Assembly (NCBI GenBank): GCA_049967655.1
Contig: JBMFSH010000007.1
Span: forward strand, 1 to 64,000
Direction of reading: 5' to 3'
Length of the DNA: 64,000 nucleotides
From: Acidobacteriota bacterium
Lineage (GTDB): Bacteria > Acidobacteriota > UBA4820 > DSQY01
The notes beneath the pieces are model-generated. The model saw nothing but the letters and a program-made list of their open reading frames with translations. It searched no databases and was not told the origin of the DNA. Shown here one piece after another: positions 49,781 through 60,532 of the stretch. The stretch's first letter is position 1, and every line of letters begins with the position of its first letter. A program made the position numbers and the translations under genes.

Positions 49781-50796
49781 ATCTCACGAAAGCGGATTTC
49801 GAGCCCGTTGCCAGAGCCCTGCTGGAGGCCAGGACCCTCTGCCTGACCACCCACGTCAAGAGCGACGGCGACGGGATCGGCAGCGAGCTGGCTCTCCTGA
49901 GGGCCTTGCGGGGCCTGGGGAAGAGAGTCCGGGTCATCAACGACACGGTGGTGCCCCGAGGGCTCCAGTTCCTCGCCGAGGACGGCGAGATCCTCCTGTA
50001 CGATCCCAAGCGCGATGAGCCCTTCCTCGAAGAGGCGGACACGCTGGTCGTGCTGGACGTGGCCTTGACCTACCGGCTGGGCCGCATGGAAGAGCCCTTC
50101 AAGAGGAGCCGGGCGGTCAAGATTTGCCTGGATCATCACACCGAGTCCGACCCGGCCTTCGACTATCTCCTCTCGGACATCACCGTGGGGTCCACCGGAG
50201 AGCTGCTCTTCGAGCTCCTGAAGGTGGCCGGCATCCCCCTGGGCTGCAACGTAGCCATGCCTCTCTACGCCTCCATCAGCGTGGATACGGGCTCCTTCGC
50301 CTACGAGCGGTGCACGCCGAGGACCTTCCGCATCGCCTCCGAGTTGGTGGCGGCGGGGGCCGAGCCCTACCAAGTCCACCTGAACCTCAACTGGCAGAGG
50401 CGCTTGGCCGAGGTCAAGCTGGAGGGGGACGTGATCCAGAGGCTGCGGCTGGACGGTTCGGGGGAGATCGCCTATTCGGAGGTATCCAGGGACACGCTTC
50501 AGCGCTACGGCATTGACCCCATGGAGATTCCCACCGTCGTGAATATCCCCCTCTCCATCGGAGGGGTGGAGCTCGCGTTGCTCTTCGTCGAGTTGGACCC
50601 CTGCTGTGTGAACGTCTCGGCTCGCAGCAAGGGGAAGCTCCAGGTCAACGCGCTGGCGAGGCGGTTCGGAGGCGGAGGCCACCCGCTGGCGGCGGGCTTC
50701 TGCGTGCGGGCCCCCCTGGATGTGGCCCAGGCCAGGGTTCTGGAGGCGGCGCGGGAGCTCCTGGGGCACCCGGCCCGCTTGTGTGACTCGGCCTGA
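49777..50796 (+). CDS. nrnA: DHH/DHHA1 phosphoesterase (NrnA-like)
   Basis: H...DGD.IGS, LDHH, DTGSF, FGGGGH..AAG. Confidence 0.88.
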   Translation: MNLTKADFEPVARALLEARTLCLTTHVKSDGDGIGSELALLRALRGLGKRVRVINDTVVPRGLQFLAEDGEILLYDPKRDEPFLEEADTLVVLDVALTYRLGRMEEPFKRSRAVKICLDHHTESDPAFDYLLSDITVGSTGELLFELLKVAGIPLGCNVAMPLYASISVDTGSFAYERCTPRTFRIASELVAAGAEPYQVHLNLNWQRRLAEVKLEGDVIQRLRLDGSGEIAYSEVSRDTLQRYGIDPMEIPTVVNIPLSIGGVELALLFVELDPCCVNVSARSKGKLQVNALARRFGGGGHPLAAGFCVRAPLDVAQARVLEAARELLGHPARLCDSA

Positions 50797-50837
50797 CGGT
50801 TCGGTGGGAGGCCTGCAGCCGGCACGGGGAGGGGGAC

Positions 50838-51821
50838 GTGAAGCGCTTGAGAGGCCAAGTCGTTCTCCTCCTCGGCAGCCTGCTCGCGCTGGTGGCTGGC
50901 GGCACGCTGGGCTACATGGCCATCGAACACCTCTCCCCCATCGACGCGCTCTTTCTCACGGTCATCACCCTCTCCACCGTCGGCTTCGGGACGTTGATCC
51001 CGCTGAGCGATGCCGGTAAACTCTTCACCATCGGATTGATCGTCGTCGGCGTCGCGACCTTCTCCTTCTACCTGTCGCGGCTCTTCTCGATGATCGTTGA
51101 GCGCGGGTTCCTGGAGGTCCTGGAGAAGCGCCGCTTGCACCGAAATATTGACGAACTCTCGGGTCACTACGTGGTATGCGGCCACGGACGAATCGGCTCC
51201 GTGGTGGCCTCGGAACTTCGCCAGAAGGAGGTCCCGCTGGTGGTGCTGGAGAGCCGGGCCGAGGAGGTGGAGGCGCTGACCGAGGCGGAGGTTCTCGCTC
51301 TGCAAGGCGATGCCCGCGAGGAGGCCCTCCTTCGGCAGGCCGGTGTTGAGCGGGCCAAGGGGCTCGTAGCCCTCATGCCCACCGACGCCGACAACCTGTA
51401 CATCATCCTCACCGCCAAGGAGATCAACCCTTCGCTGACCATCATCGCCAGGGCCAATACCCTCGGCGCGGAGCGCCACCTCATGGCCGCCGGGGCGCAC
51501 CACGTCATCAGCCCCCACCGCGAGGGCGGCAAGCGGATTGCCCGCATGATCCTCAACCCGAACGTGGTGGAATGCATGGAAATGGTCACCGGCCGTCGAA
51601 ACGTCGAGCTGCAGATGGAGGAGATCGCCATCGGCGAGCGGAGCCCCCTGGCGGGGAAGTCCCTGCTGGAATCCGGGCTCCTGCAGAAGCACCGCATTCT
51701 CGTGGTGGCCGTCAAGCACGGCGACGGCACCATCACCTTCAACCCCGAAGGTAGCACCCGCATCCAGGCCGGAGACGCCCTGGTGACGCTGGGGCCGGCC
51801 CGGACCGAGGCGCAGTTCTAA
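50838..51821 (+). CDS. 2-TM potassium channel with RCK (TrkA-N/TrkA-C) domains
   Basis: TLSTVGFG filter, VCG.GR.G, GDA. Confidence 0.92.
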   Translation: MKRLRGQVVLLLGSLLALVAGGTLGYMAIEHLSPIDALFLTVITLSTVGFGTLIPLSDAGKLFTIGLIVVGVATFSFYLSRLFSMIVERGFLEVLEKRRLHRNIDELSGHYVVCGHGRIGSVVASELRQKEVPLVVLESRAEEVEALTEAEVLALQGDAREEALLRQAGVERAKGLVALMPTDADNLYIILTAKEINPSLTIIARANTLGAERHLMAAGAHHVISPHREGGKRIARMILNPNVVECMEMVTGRRNVELQMEEIAIGERSPLAGKSLLESGLLQKHRILVVAVKHGDGTITFNPEGSTRIQAGDALVTLGPARTEAQF

Positions 51822-51842
51822 CTCACGATTCAGGAGGCCGAG

Positions 51843-53024
51843 ATGTCTGAAGTCGTTATTCTGTCGGGCGCCCGAACGGGCATCGGCAAGTTCATGGGGG
51901 CCCTTACCCCCTTCACCGCCCCCGAGCTCGGCGCCTTCGCCCTCAAGGAGGCCATGGCCCGAGGCAAGGTGCAGCCCCAGGAGGTGGAGGAGGTGATCAT
52001 GGGCAACGTGCTGCAGGCGGGGGTGGGGCAGAACCCGGCCAGGCAGGCGGCGCTCAAAGCGGGGCTCCCCGTCTCCGTGGCGGCCTTTACGGCCAACAAG
52101 GTCTGCGGCTCGGGGCTCAAGGCCGTGATGCTCGCGGCGCAGGCCATCAAGGCCGGGGACGCCAAGGTGCTCCTGGCCGGCGGCATGGAATCCATGACCA
52201 ATGCCCCTTACATCCTGCGCAAAGCCCGCATGGGACTTCGCCTGGGCCACGGCGAGGTGACCGACGTGATGGTTGCCGACGGCCTCACCGACGCCTACGA
52301 CGGCCAGCACATGGGGATGACCGCCGAACTGGTGGCCAAGGAGTACACCGTCTCCCGCGAGGCCATGGATGCCTATTCCGTGGAGAGCCACCGACGGGCC
52401 GCGGCCGCGTGGAGCGCGGGGAAGTTCGATGCCGAGACGGTTACCGTGCCCATCCCAGCGAAGAAGGGCGATCCCGTCCCCTTCCGGTCGGACGAGGGTA
52501 TCCGGGCCGACGTGACGGCCGAAGCCCTCGCCAAGCTCAAGCCGGCCTTCGTCAAGGACGGGGTCGTCACGGCGGGCAACGCCAGCCAGATTAGCGACGC
52601 CGGCGCGGCGGTGGTGGTGTGCACCCGGGAAATCGCGGAGGCGAAGGGGGTTACCCCCCTGGCTCGGATCGTCGCCTACGCCACGTCGGGGCTCGAGCCC
52701 AAGTGGGTCATGATGACTCCCGAGCCCGCCGTGCGCGCGGCCGCCGCCAAGGCGGGGTGGGACCTCAAGACGGTGGACCTCTTCGAGCTCAACGAGGCCT
52801 TCGCCGCCCAGTCCTGCGCCCTGCTTCGCGTGCTGGAGCTTCCCGCGGAGAAGGTCAACGTCCACGGCGGGGCGGTGGCGCTGGGCCATCCCATCGGGGC
52901 TTCCGGTACGCGCTGCCTGCTCACGCTGCTGTACGCCATGAAGGACCGGGGCGCCAAGCGCGGCATCGTCTCCCTGTGCCTCGGTGGCGGCAACGGTGTG
53001 GCGATGGCGGTGGAGGCCCTGTAG
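51843..53024 (+). CDS. atoB: Acetyl-CoA C-acetyltransferase (thiolase)
   Basis: [24 protein letters not shown]. Confidence 0.93.
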   Translation: MSEVVILSGARTGIGKFMGALTPFTAPELGAFALKEAMARGKVQPQEVEEVIMGNVLQAGVGQNPARQAALKAGLPVSVAAFTANKVCGSGLKAVMLAAQAIKAGDAKVLLAGGMESMTNAPYILRKARMGLRLGHGEVTDVMVADGLTDAYDGQHMGMTAELVAKEYTVSREAMDAYSVESHRRAAAAWSAGKFDAETVTVPIPAKKGDPVPFRSDEGIRADVTAEALAKLKPAFVKDGVVTAGNASQISDAGAAVVVCTREIAEAKGVTPLARIVAYATSGLEPKWVMMTPEPAVRAAAAKAGWDLKTVDLFELNEAFAAQSCALLRVLELPAEKVNVHGGAVALGHPIGASGTRCLLTLLYAMKDRGAKRGIVSLCLGGGNGVAMAVEAL

Positions 53025-53073
53025 GGCGGAGGACTCTTCGTGGGGGGTGGAGGCCATAAGGCCGACGAGCGGT

Positions 53074-53138
53074 GAGGGGGTGCGGGGGGCGGGAAGGCCC
53101 TCCGCCCGAAGGGCCTCCCGCGTGAGGGCAGGGAGGAG
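53074..53138. repeat. 65-bp GC-rich palindromic repeat, copy A (copy B at 53348-53412)
   Basis: About 6 mismatches in 65 nt by manual alignment. Confidence 0.85.
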
Positions 53139-53153
53139 GCCAATGGATTCTGC

Positions 53154-53181
53154 TTGACTCCCGCCCCCGTTCATGTACAAT
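53154..53181 (+). promoter_or_regulatory. sigma70 promoter of tRNA-Asp
   Basis: TTGACT-16 nt-TACAAT. Confidence 0.7.
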
Positions 53182-53195
53182 GACTGGGCATGGGC

Positions 53196-53596
<401 letters not shown>

Positions 53597-53614
53597 CGAG
53601 CGGCCTTTCCGTCG

Positions 53615-54277
53615 TCAGAGCAGCGACAACAACTCCAGAGGGTGGTGGAGCAGCAAGCGGGCGCCCGCCGCCCGGAGTTCGTCTTCGGATCGAAATCCCC
53701 AGAGGGCCCCCACGGGAATCATCCCCGCGGCCATGGCGGCCAGGACGTCCGTGGGGCCGTCGCCCAGGAAGAGAACCGCCTCGCGGGGTACGCCGAAGCG
53801 TGCGGCGATGGCCACGGCCCCCGCCGGGTCCGGTTTGCGGGGAACCTCCTCTCCGGCGCCGAGAACCGCAGAGAAGCTCCAGCGCGGAAGAAGGCGGGCC
53901 ACGCATGCCCGGGTGAAATCGTTGGGCTTGTTGGAGAGCACGGCGATGGGTACGGATCGTGCGCCGAGGGCGTCCAGCAGGTCGGGGATGCCAGGGTAGG
54001 GGCGCGTGGTGCGGTCCCACCGCCGCCCGTACTCCTCCCGCATGTCGAGGATGCACTCCTCCAGAAGGCTTCCGCTACGGTTCCCCTCGGGAAGCGCCCG
54101 CTGAACCAGAAGCTCCATCCCCTCGCCGACGAAGATCCTGTAGGCATCCTCCGGGTGCGCGGGAAATCCCCTCTTCCTTAGGACCGCGTTCATGGAGTCG
54201 GCCAGGTCCTTCAGGGAATCGAGGAGGGTGCCGTCCAGGTCGAAGAGAACCGCCTGGACGCGGCAGAATGGGCCCAT
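53615..54277 (-). CDS. HAD-family hydrolase (phosphoglycolate phosphatase-like)
   Basis: FDLDGTL, SNK, KPDP, GD..TD, WGF; GAGAGG RBS before ATG 54277. Confidence 0.92.
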   Translation of the reverse strand: MGPFCRVQAVLFDLDGTLLDSLKDLADSMNAVLRKRGFPAHPEDAYRIFVGEGMELLVQRALPEGNRSGSLLEECILDMREEYGRRWDRTTRPYPGIPDLLDALGARSVPIAVLSNKPNDFTRACVARLLPRWSFSAVLGAGEEVPRKPDPAGAVAIAARFGVPREAVLFLGDGPTDVLAAMAAGMIPVGALWGFRSEDELRAAGARLLLHHPLELLSLL

Positions 54278-54616
54278 GAGCGACACCTCTCTTCCGTACC
54301 GGCAGGCGCCGCAAGCCCCGTGACTGCGGCCTCGGCACGGCGAAGGCATTCTATCCTTCGCCGCGAGGTCCCGCAAAGACCTGAGCCGCTATCAGGCCGC
54401 CGCGGCCCATGGGGCGGCCAAAGTCGCCCCGGGATAAGGCATTGATCTCATTGGAGAAGACCCCCTCCCTATCTCCGCCTTGCCGCACGCCGCGGAGCTC
54501 GCCAAACTGATCCGTGGCCTGCCGCATCATCAGGGCGTTGAAGATCCGCATCGCCAGCCCAGAGGGCCCGGATGAGCCTGGGCTGGGGTACAATAAAAGC
54601 TTGGGCGGAGGCGGTC

Positions 54617-55000
54617 ATGAAGCACCGAATGGGAGAGTGGGCCGCGGAATGTCCGGCGGCGATCACCGTGACCGATGCCGATGGGGTCATCGTGGAGATG
54701 AACGCCCGCTCGCTGGAATCCTTCGCGCGAGATGGAGGCGCAGCGCTACTCGGCACCCAGGTTCTGGACTGTCATCCCGAGCCTGTGCGCACCAAGGCCG
54801 CCCGGCTATACGAAGTGCGACAGCCCAACCACTACACCATCCAGAAGAACGGGCGCCGCAAGATCATCCATCAGTTGCCGTGGTACCGGAAGGGGGAGTT
54901 TGCCGGGTTCGTCGAAATCTCCATCCCCATTCCCGATGAACTTCCCCATTTCGACCGGGACTCCGAGGACGAGCGGGCGGCGGCTGCCGACAGAGAATAG
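54617..55000 (+). CDS. Stand-alone PAS-domain protein
   Basis: AITV.D.DG.I..MN, LG..VLDCHP, YTI.K.G..K.I.Q.PWY..G.F.G.VE. Confidence 0.8.
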   Translation: MKHRMGEWAAECPAAITVTDADGVIVEMNARSLESFARDGGAALLGTQVLDCHPEPVRTKAARLYEVRQPNHYTIQKNGRRKIIHQLPWYRKGEFAGFVEISIPIPDELPHFDRDSEDERAAAADRE

Positions 55001-55100
55001 CAGCGCGAGCCGCGAGCGTTGACCAAGCGGCGGCCGGCACGGCGGTGCGAGGTAGGGCCCGCGGCGGGTCCAAGCCACGAGAGACGGGAGCGGAGGTGTC

Positions 55101-56546
55101 ATGGCGCGATACGACGCGGTCATCCTGGGGGCTGGCGCTGCGGGCTTGGCTGCGGCCAGGGGGCTGGGCAGGCTTGGTGCGCGGGTCGCCCTCGTGGAGA
55201 AGGAGGCCCTGGGCGGGGACTGCATCACGTGGGGATGCGTGCCCAGCAAGAGCTATCTGCACGTCGCTCGCATGCTCAACGAGGTGCGATCGGTCGGGCG
55301 AGTGGGGATCGACGCGGGTCCTGTCCGGTTCAACTTCGCGGCCGCGCGGCGCTATGTGGCGCAGGTCCAGGGCACGCTGACCCACCAGGATACGCAGGAA
55401 TTTCTCCGCAGCCAGGGGGTTGAGGTGCTCTTCGGACAGCCGCGATTCCTGAGTGCGAAGCGGATCGAGGTGGAGGGACGGGAGTTGCCCACGCGCCACG
55501 TGGTGATCGCCACGGGGGCTCACTCCGTGGCCCCGCCCATCGAGGGGCTGGCGGAGACCGGATTTCTAGACAGCCGTTCGGCCCTTCAAATCGAAACCCT
55601 TCCTCGGTCCATGATCATCCTGGGAGGGGGACCCATCGGGACGGAATTCGCCCAGATGTTTCAGCGGATGGGGGTGTCCGTGACGGTGGTGGAATCCAAC
55701 GCCTGCCTCTTGCCCCGCGAAGAGCCGGAGGCGGGACGGTTCCTTCTGGGCATCCTGGTGAAGGAGGGCGCCCGTTTTCTCGGAGAGCGCAGGGCCGTCC
55801 GTGCGATGAGGACCAAGGCCGGGAAGGCCCTCGTGCTCCAGGGAAAAGACGGTCGGGAGGAGACCGTCGAGGCGGAGGAGATTCTGGTGGCCACGGGCCG
55901 AGCCCCCAACGTGGAGGGCCTCGAACTGGAGAGGGCCGGGGTCGCCTTCGACCGGCACGGGATCACCGTGGACAACACCATGCAGACGACGCGGAGAGGG
56001 GTGTGGGCCATCGGCGACTGCAACGGCCTCTACCAGTTCACCCACATGGCCGAGCACGAGGCCGGAGTGTGCGTTAAGAACATCATCCGCAGCCGCCTTC
56101 TGCCCTTTCTTCTGGAGCGCATGCACTTCCGGGCCGTGGCGTGGGTCACCTTCACGGATCCCGAAGTGGCCCACTGCGGACTGACGGAGGCCGAGGCCAA
56201 GGAGCGGGGCATCAAGCACCTCGTCCTCCGCTATAATTTCGACCATCTGGACCGCGCCGTCATCGAAAACGAGCCGGGCGGCGTGGCCAAGGTGATCACG
56301 GACGGCCGGGGCCGGTTGCTGGGGGCCCACATGGTGGGGGCCCACGCGGGGGATCTGCTTCAGGAGCTCGTGCTGGGGGTGCGGATGGGGCTCAAGGTCA
56401 TGGACATCTCGCAGACCGTGCACCCCTATCCCGCCTTCGTACAGATGGCGAGGCGCGCCGCCAACGTCTATTACATCCAGACCATCTATGAAAATCCACG
56501 ACGGGTTGCTCTGCTTCGCTGGTTGGGCGGCTTCGGGAGAACCTGA
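55101..56546 (+). CDS. Class I pyridine nucleotide-disulfide oxidoreductase (LpdA/MerA-like)
   Basis: GAGAAG, GGDCITWGCVPSK, GGG.IG.E, A.GD, FTDPE. Confidence 0.9.
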   Translation: MARYDAVILGAGAAGLAAARGLGRLGARVALVEKEALGGDCITWGCVPSKSYLHVARMLNEVRSVGRVGIDAGPVRFNFAAARRYVAQVQGTLTHQDTQEFLRSQGVEVLFGQPRFLSAKRIEVEGRELPTRHVVIATGAHSVAPPIEGLAETGFLDSRSALQIETLPRSMIILGGGPIGTEFAQMFQRMGVSVTVVESNACLLPREEPEAGRFLLGILVKEGARFLGERRAVRAMRTKAGKALVLQGKDGREETVEAEEILVATGRAPNVEGLELERAGVAFDRHGITVDNTMQTTRRGVWAIGDCNGLYQFTHMAEHEAGVCVKNIIRSRLLPFLLERMHFRAVAWVTFTDPEVAHCGLTEAEAKERGIKHLVLRYNFDHLDRAVIENEPGGVAKVITDGRGRLLGAHMVGAHAGDLLQELVLGVRMGLKVMDISQTVHPYPAFVQMARRAANVYYIQTIYENPRRVALLRWLGGFGRT

Positions 56547-57227
56547 ATTCTCGATCGGCTGCCGAAGCCGGTGGTGGCCGGCCGCCCATGCCCCGGGAGC
56601 GGTCTAATCTACCGTAGCTTTCGAGGGCGGCGCGGCTCCTCTCGGCAAAAAGGTCCTTTCACACCGCCCGCGGAAAGATCCCGAATGGCTCCCGAAACCC
56701 CCGAAGGGAGGCGGGCCATAGTATCCATCGTCAGCCTTGGAAGGGAAGCTTTGGCCCTGGGAGCGCACCCGGGCGGATGATAAAATCTGTTGGTGGTTGT
56801 CGCTTGATAATTGTTGAAGAAGAATGATATTAGCGAAACAATGACTGAGAAAGTTACTTGAGTCTTTGGCCCTCGCGGCCGCCAACCTCGCATGCTTTTT
56901 CTGCGTGCCGTGCCCCGGTTGAAGACCATGCCGGCTCGCGACGCTCTGCGTCCGGCGAAATCCTCACGAATGGTGCTAGCCATTTTCCGGCGCGCCGCGG
57001 GAGGAACCGCGGCGGTACCCCCGCGCGCCGCGCCGAGACTTGAGATTTCTGGAGCGGGAGGGGGCGGCACCATGAGGTGGGAAAGGAGGCGATTCTGGGA
57101 GCTCGGCAAAATCTCAAGCGAAAGAGCTGGTCGGGACGGCAAAGGGTGGTGGCGGCCATGGCCGAACATCAAGCGGGAGGAGCTGGCGCCCCTCCCCTCT
57201 CGTGACTTTACCCGATGCGCAGCGGCG

Positions 57228-57434
57228 TCACTCGTGCAGCAGCTGCACCTGATCGGCCTGGGGGCCCTTGCTGCCCTCCTTGACCTCGAAGGTGACTCGG
57301 TCCCCTTCGGTCAGTTTCCGGAACCCGTTGCCGATGATCCCGCTGTAGTGGACGAAGACGTCCTGGCCCTCGTCCATGGTGATGAAGCCGTAGCCCTTCT
57401 TCTCGTCGAACCACTTCACCGTACCCTTGGCCAT
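57228..57434 (-). CDS. cspA: Cold-shock domain protein
   Basis: GTVKWF..KKGYGFI, DVFVHYS, KGPQA; AAGGAG RBS. Confidence 0.93.
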   Translation of the reverse strand: MAKGTVKWFDEKKGYGFITMDEGQDVFVHYSGIIGNGFRKLTEGDRVTFEVKEGSKGPQADQVQLLHE

Positions 57435-57565
57435 GACCACTCCTTACAAAGCACTCCCTTCGGCGAACCGGTCACCGGAGACGAAAAAATAGCACCGCCG
57501 TTTTTCGGGAGTCAAGCAGCTCGGAAGAGGGGCTGAAACGGCACTGCTCCTTGGCCTGGGCCGCG

Positions 57566-57594
57566 TTGACAGGGCATCACTGCCGGGCTACACT
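57566..57594 (+). promoter_or_regulatory. sigma70 promoter of the pyr operon
   Basis: TTGACA-17 nt-TACACT. Confidence 0.75.
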
Positions 57595-57619
57595 GCCCGC
57601 GCTTGGGGCGTGGTCACGG

Positions 57620-57716
57620 GGTTGCTCCCTCACGGCCAGAGAGATTTGAGGCGGATATGGGGTCCAGCGGGAAGGCTCCGGTCTCCTTGAGTCCCGCCTC
57701 CGTCGCCCTGCTTTTC
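57620..57716 (+). promoter_or_regulatory. Probable PyrR-binding attenuator leader
   Basis: CCTCA-CGGCCAGAGAGATT-TGAGG stem-loop resembling the PyrR loop ARUCCAGAGAGGYU; alternative helices and a U-tract downstream. Confidence 0.6.
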
Positions 57717-57727
57717 GAGGAGTGCTG

Positions 57728-58300
57728 ATGAAGCGCAAGACTCTGTTCGATGCGGCGGGAATCCAGCGTTCTCTCGGGCGCCTCGCGCTGGAGATCACGG
57801 AGCGGCTTCAGGGCTGCGAGGGGGTGGTGCTGATCGGGATTCACCGGCGGGGTGTTCCGCTGGCGCAGCGCATCGCCCGGCTGATCGAGAAGGCTGAAAA
57901 GACGAAGGTGCCCGTGGGAAGCCTGGACATCAACCTCTATCGGGATGATTTTTCGACGGTGGGAGCGGCGCCCGTTCTCCGGGGAACCCAGGTGGACTTC
58001 GACATCGGCGCCAAGACGGTGGTCCTGGTGGACGACGTACTCTTCACGGGCAGGACCGTGCGGGCGGCGCTGGACGCCCTCGTGGACCTCGGCCGGCCGG
58101 CGCGGGTCCAGCTCGCCGTGCTGGTGGACCGCGGACATCGGGAATTGCCCATCCAGGCCGACTACGTCGGTCTCTCTCTGAACACGCGCAGAGAGGACCA
58201 CGTGGAGCTGCTCCTGAAGGAGACGGACGGGGAGGACGCCCTCATCTTAGAAAGCGCGGCATCGGCCGAGCGAGCGGGTACGGAGGGGAAGCGCCCATGA
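57728..58300 (+). CDS. pyrR: Pyrimidine operon regulator / UPRTase PyrR
   Basis: [41 protein letters not shown]. Confidence 0.97.
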   Translation: MKRKTLFDAAGIQRSLGRLALEITERLQGCEGVVLIGIHRRGVPLAQRIARLIEKAEKTKVPVGSLDINLYRDDFSTVGAAPVLRGTQVDFDIGAKTVVLVDDVLFTGRTVRAALDALVDLGRPARVQLAVLVDRGHRELPIQADYVGLSLNTRREDHVELLLKETDGEDALILESAASAERAGTEGKRP

Positions 58301-59235
58301 GCTTCGCGCACAAGCACCTGATGGGCATCGAGGAGCTCTCGGCCGAGGATATCGCCCTCATTCTCGACACGGCGGAGAAGATGTCGGAGGTGTCGAGGAG
58401 GCCCCTGAAGAAGGTCCCGGCTCTGCGGGGCAAGCTCGTGGTCAACCTCTTCTTTGAGAACTCCACGCGCACCCGCTCCTCCTTCGAGATCGCCGAGAAG
58501 CGCCTCTCGGCGGATACCCTGAATTTCTCGGCCAGCACCTCTTCCCTCCAGAAGGGCGAGACGCTGGTGGATACGGTCCTCAACCTGGAGCGCATGCAGC
58601 CCGACTGCTACGTGATCCGCCACGCGAGCCCCGGCACCTGCCAGCTCATCCATCCCTTCACCAGGGCGGCCCTGGTCAACGCGGGCGACGGTACCCACGA
58701 GCACCCCACGCAGGCTCTACTGGACGCCATGACGATCCGGCAGAAGAAGGGCGATTTCAAGGGACTGGAGGTCCTCATCTGCGGCGACATCAGCCACTCC
58801 AGGGTGGTACGTTCCAACATCTTCCTCCTCGGCAAGATGGGGGCCAAGGTGACGGTCTGCGGGCCGGCCACCTTCATGCCGCCGTACCTGGAGAGCCTGG
58901 GGGTTACGGCCACTACGGACTTCGAACGCGCGCTCAGGGGCAAGGACGTGGTTATGATGCTCCGAATCCAGATGGAGCGGCAGACCAAGGGGCTCTTCCC
59001 CTCCCTGCTGGAGTACTACAAGACCTTCGGGCTTACCGAGGCGCGCCTGAGGCTGGCCGACAAACAGGTGATCGTCATGCACCCAGGCCCCATCAATCGG
59101 GGCGTCGAAATGGCCTCCGAGGTGGCGGACGGTCCCTACTCGGTGATCCTGGACCAGGTGGAGAACGGAGTGGCCGTGCGCATGGCCGCCCTCTACCTTC
59201 TTCTGGGCGGGAGCGAAGATGAAGCGACTCATTAA
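58297..59235 (+). CDS. pyrB: Aspartate carbamoyltransferase catalytic subunit
   Basis: [31 protein letters not shown]. Confidence 0.98.
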   Translation: MSFAHKHLMGIEELSAEDIALILDTAEKMSEVSRRPLKKVPALRGKLVVNLFFENSTRTRSSFEIAEKRLSADTLNFSASTSSLQKGETLVDTVLNLERMQPDCYVIRHASPGTCQLIHPFTRAALVNAGDGTHEHPTQALLDAMTIRQKKGDFKGLEVLICGDISHSRVVRSNIFLLGKMGAKVTVCGPATFMPPYLESLGVTATTDFERALRGKDVVMMLRIQMERQTKGLFPSLLEYYKTFGLTEARLRLADKQVIVMHPGPINRGVEMASEVADGPYSVILDQVENGVAVRMAALYLLLGGSEDEATH

Positions 59236-60505
59236 GAACGGACGCGTGGTCGACCCGCAGTCGGGCACCGACGACACGCTGGACATCCTGCTCGATGGGG
59301 CCCGAATCGCGCGCGTGGAAAAAAGGATACCGGAAAAGGGAGCGGAGGTCTTCGATGCCACGGGCATGGTGGTGGCCCCCGGATTCATCGATATGCACGT
59401 CCACCTCCGGGAGCCCGGATTCGAGCGCAAGGAGACCATCGCGACCGGCCTCGCGGCGGCCCTGGCGGGTGGATTCTCGGGTGTGTGCTGCATGCCCAAC
59501 ACGTATCCCGTGAACGACAACGCCTCGGTGACGCAGTACATCCTCGACAGGGCCCGATCGTGCAGCCCGGTCCGTGTCTATCCCATCGGGGCGATCACCA
59601 AGGGCTCGAAAGGCGAGGAGCTGGCCCCGTTCGCCGAGATGAGGGAGGCGGGCGTTCGGGCCGTGTCCGATGACGGCCATCCCGTGGCCAGCTCCGCCGT
59701 CATGCGCCGCGCCCTGGAATACGCCGGCTCCCTGGGCATGTTGGTCATCGACCACTGCGAGGACCTGGCGCTGGTGGGCGACGGCGTCATGAACGAGGGC
59801 CCCGTTTCCGTTCGCCTGGGGCTCCACGGTATACCCGCCGAGGCCGAATCCATACCCGCGCGAAGGGACATCGCCCTTGCGCGCCTGACGGGCCAAAGGG
59901 TCCACATCGCCCACGTCTCCACCAGGCTCACCGTGGAGGCCATCCGCGCAGCCAAGAAGAAGCGGGTGCCGGTGACGGCGGAGGCCACCCCCCACCACTT
60001 CTCCCTCACCGAAGAGGCGGTGCTCGGCTTCGACACGAACGCCAAGATGAACCCGCCTCTCCGTGGGCAGGATGACGTGGACGCGGTCATCGAGGGGCTG
60101 GCCGACGGGACCATCGACGCCATCGTCACGGACCACGCCCCGCACGCCTATGAAGAGAAGATGGTGGAGTTCGACCGTGCTCCCAATGGCATCATCGGTC
60201 TCCAGACCGCCGTGCCGCTGGCCCTGGACCGGCTGGTGCGCACCGACCGCATCTCCCTCAAGCGCATGGTGGATGCCTTCTCCTCGGCGCCCGCCCGGCT
60301 CCTCGGGCTGGAGGGCAAGGGCAGGATCCAGGAGGGGGCCGACGCCGACCTCACGATCTTCTCCCTCCGCAAGGAGACCTGTCTCGCTCCGGGCGACATC
60401 AAGTCGCTGAGCAAGAACAGCCCCTTCCTGGGCGTGAAGCTGAAGGGAGCCGTGATGGCCGTGATCATCGCGGGGGAGCTCTACCCCGCGGCGAAAAGGG
60501 GCTGA
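59219..60505 (+). CDS. pyrC: Dihydroorotase
   Basis: [31 protein letters not shown]. Confidence 0.96.
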   Translation: MKRLIKNGRVVDPQSGTDDTLDILLDGARIARVEKRIPEKGAEVFDATGMVVAPGFIDMHVHLREPGFERKETIATGLAAALAGGFSGVCCMPNTYPVNDNASVTQYILDRARSCSPVRVYPIGAITKGSKGEELAPFAEMREAGVRAVSDDGHPVASSAVMRRALEYAGSLGMLVIDHCEDLALVGDGVMNEGPVSVRLGLHGIPAEAESIPARRDIALARLTGQRVHIAHVSTRLTVEAIRAAKKKRVPVTAEATPHHFSLTEEAVLGFDTNAKMNPPLRGQDDVDAVIEGLADGTIDAIVTDHAPHAYEEKMVEFDRAPNGIIGLQTAVPLALDRLVRTDRISLKRMVDAFSSAPARLLGLEGKGRIQEGADADLTIFSLRKETCLAPGDIKSLSKNSPFLGVKLKGAVMAVIIAGELYPAAKRG

Positions 60506-60532
60506 GGCGGGAGGCCGGGAAGCTCCCCGGCC

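Noticed and set aside
54351..54593. 80-aa minus-strand ORF upstream of the HAD gene
   Set aside because: No clear RBS or recognisable family; it may be a gene remnant but cannot be supported.
55101..56546. Mercuric reductase MerA
   Set aside because: No C-terminal Cys-Cys, no NmerA domain and no mer operon.
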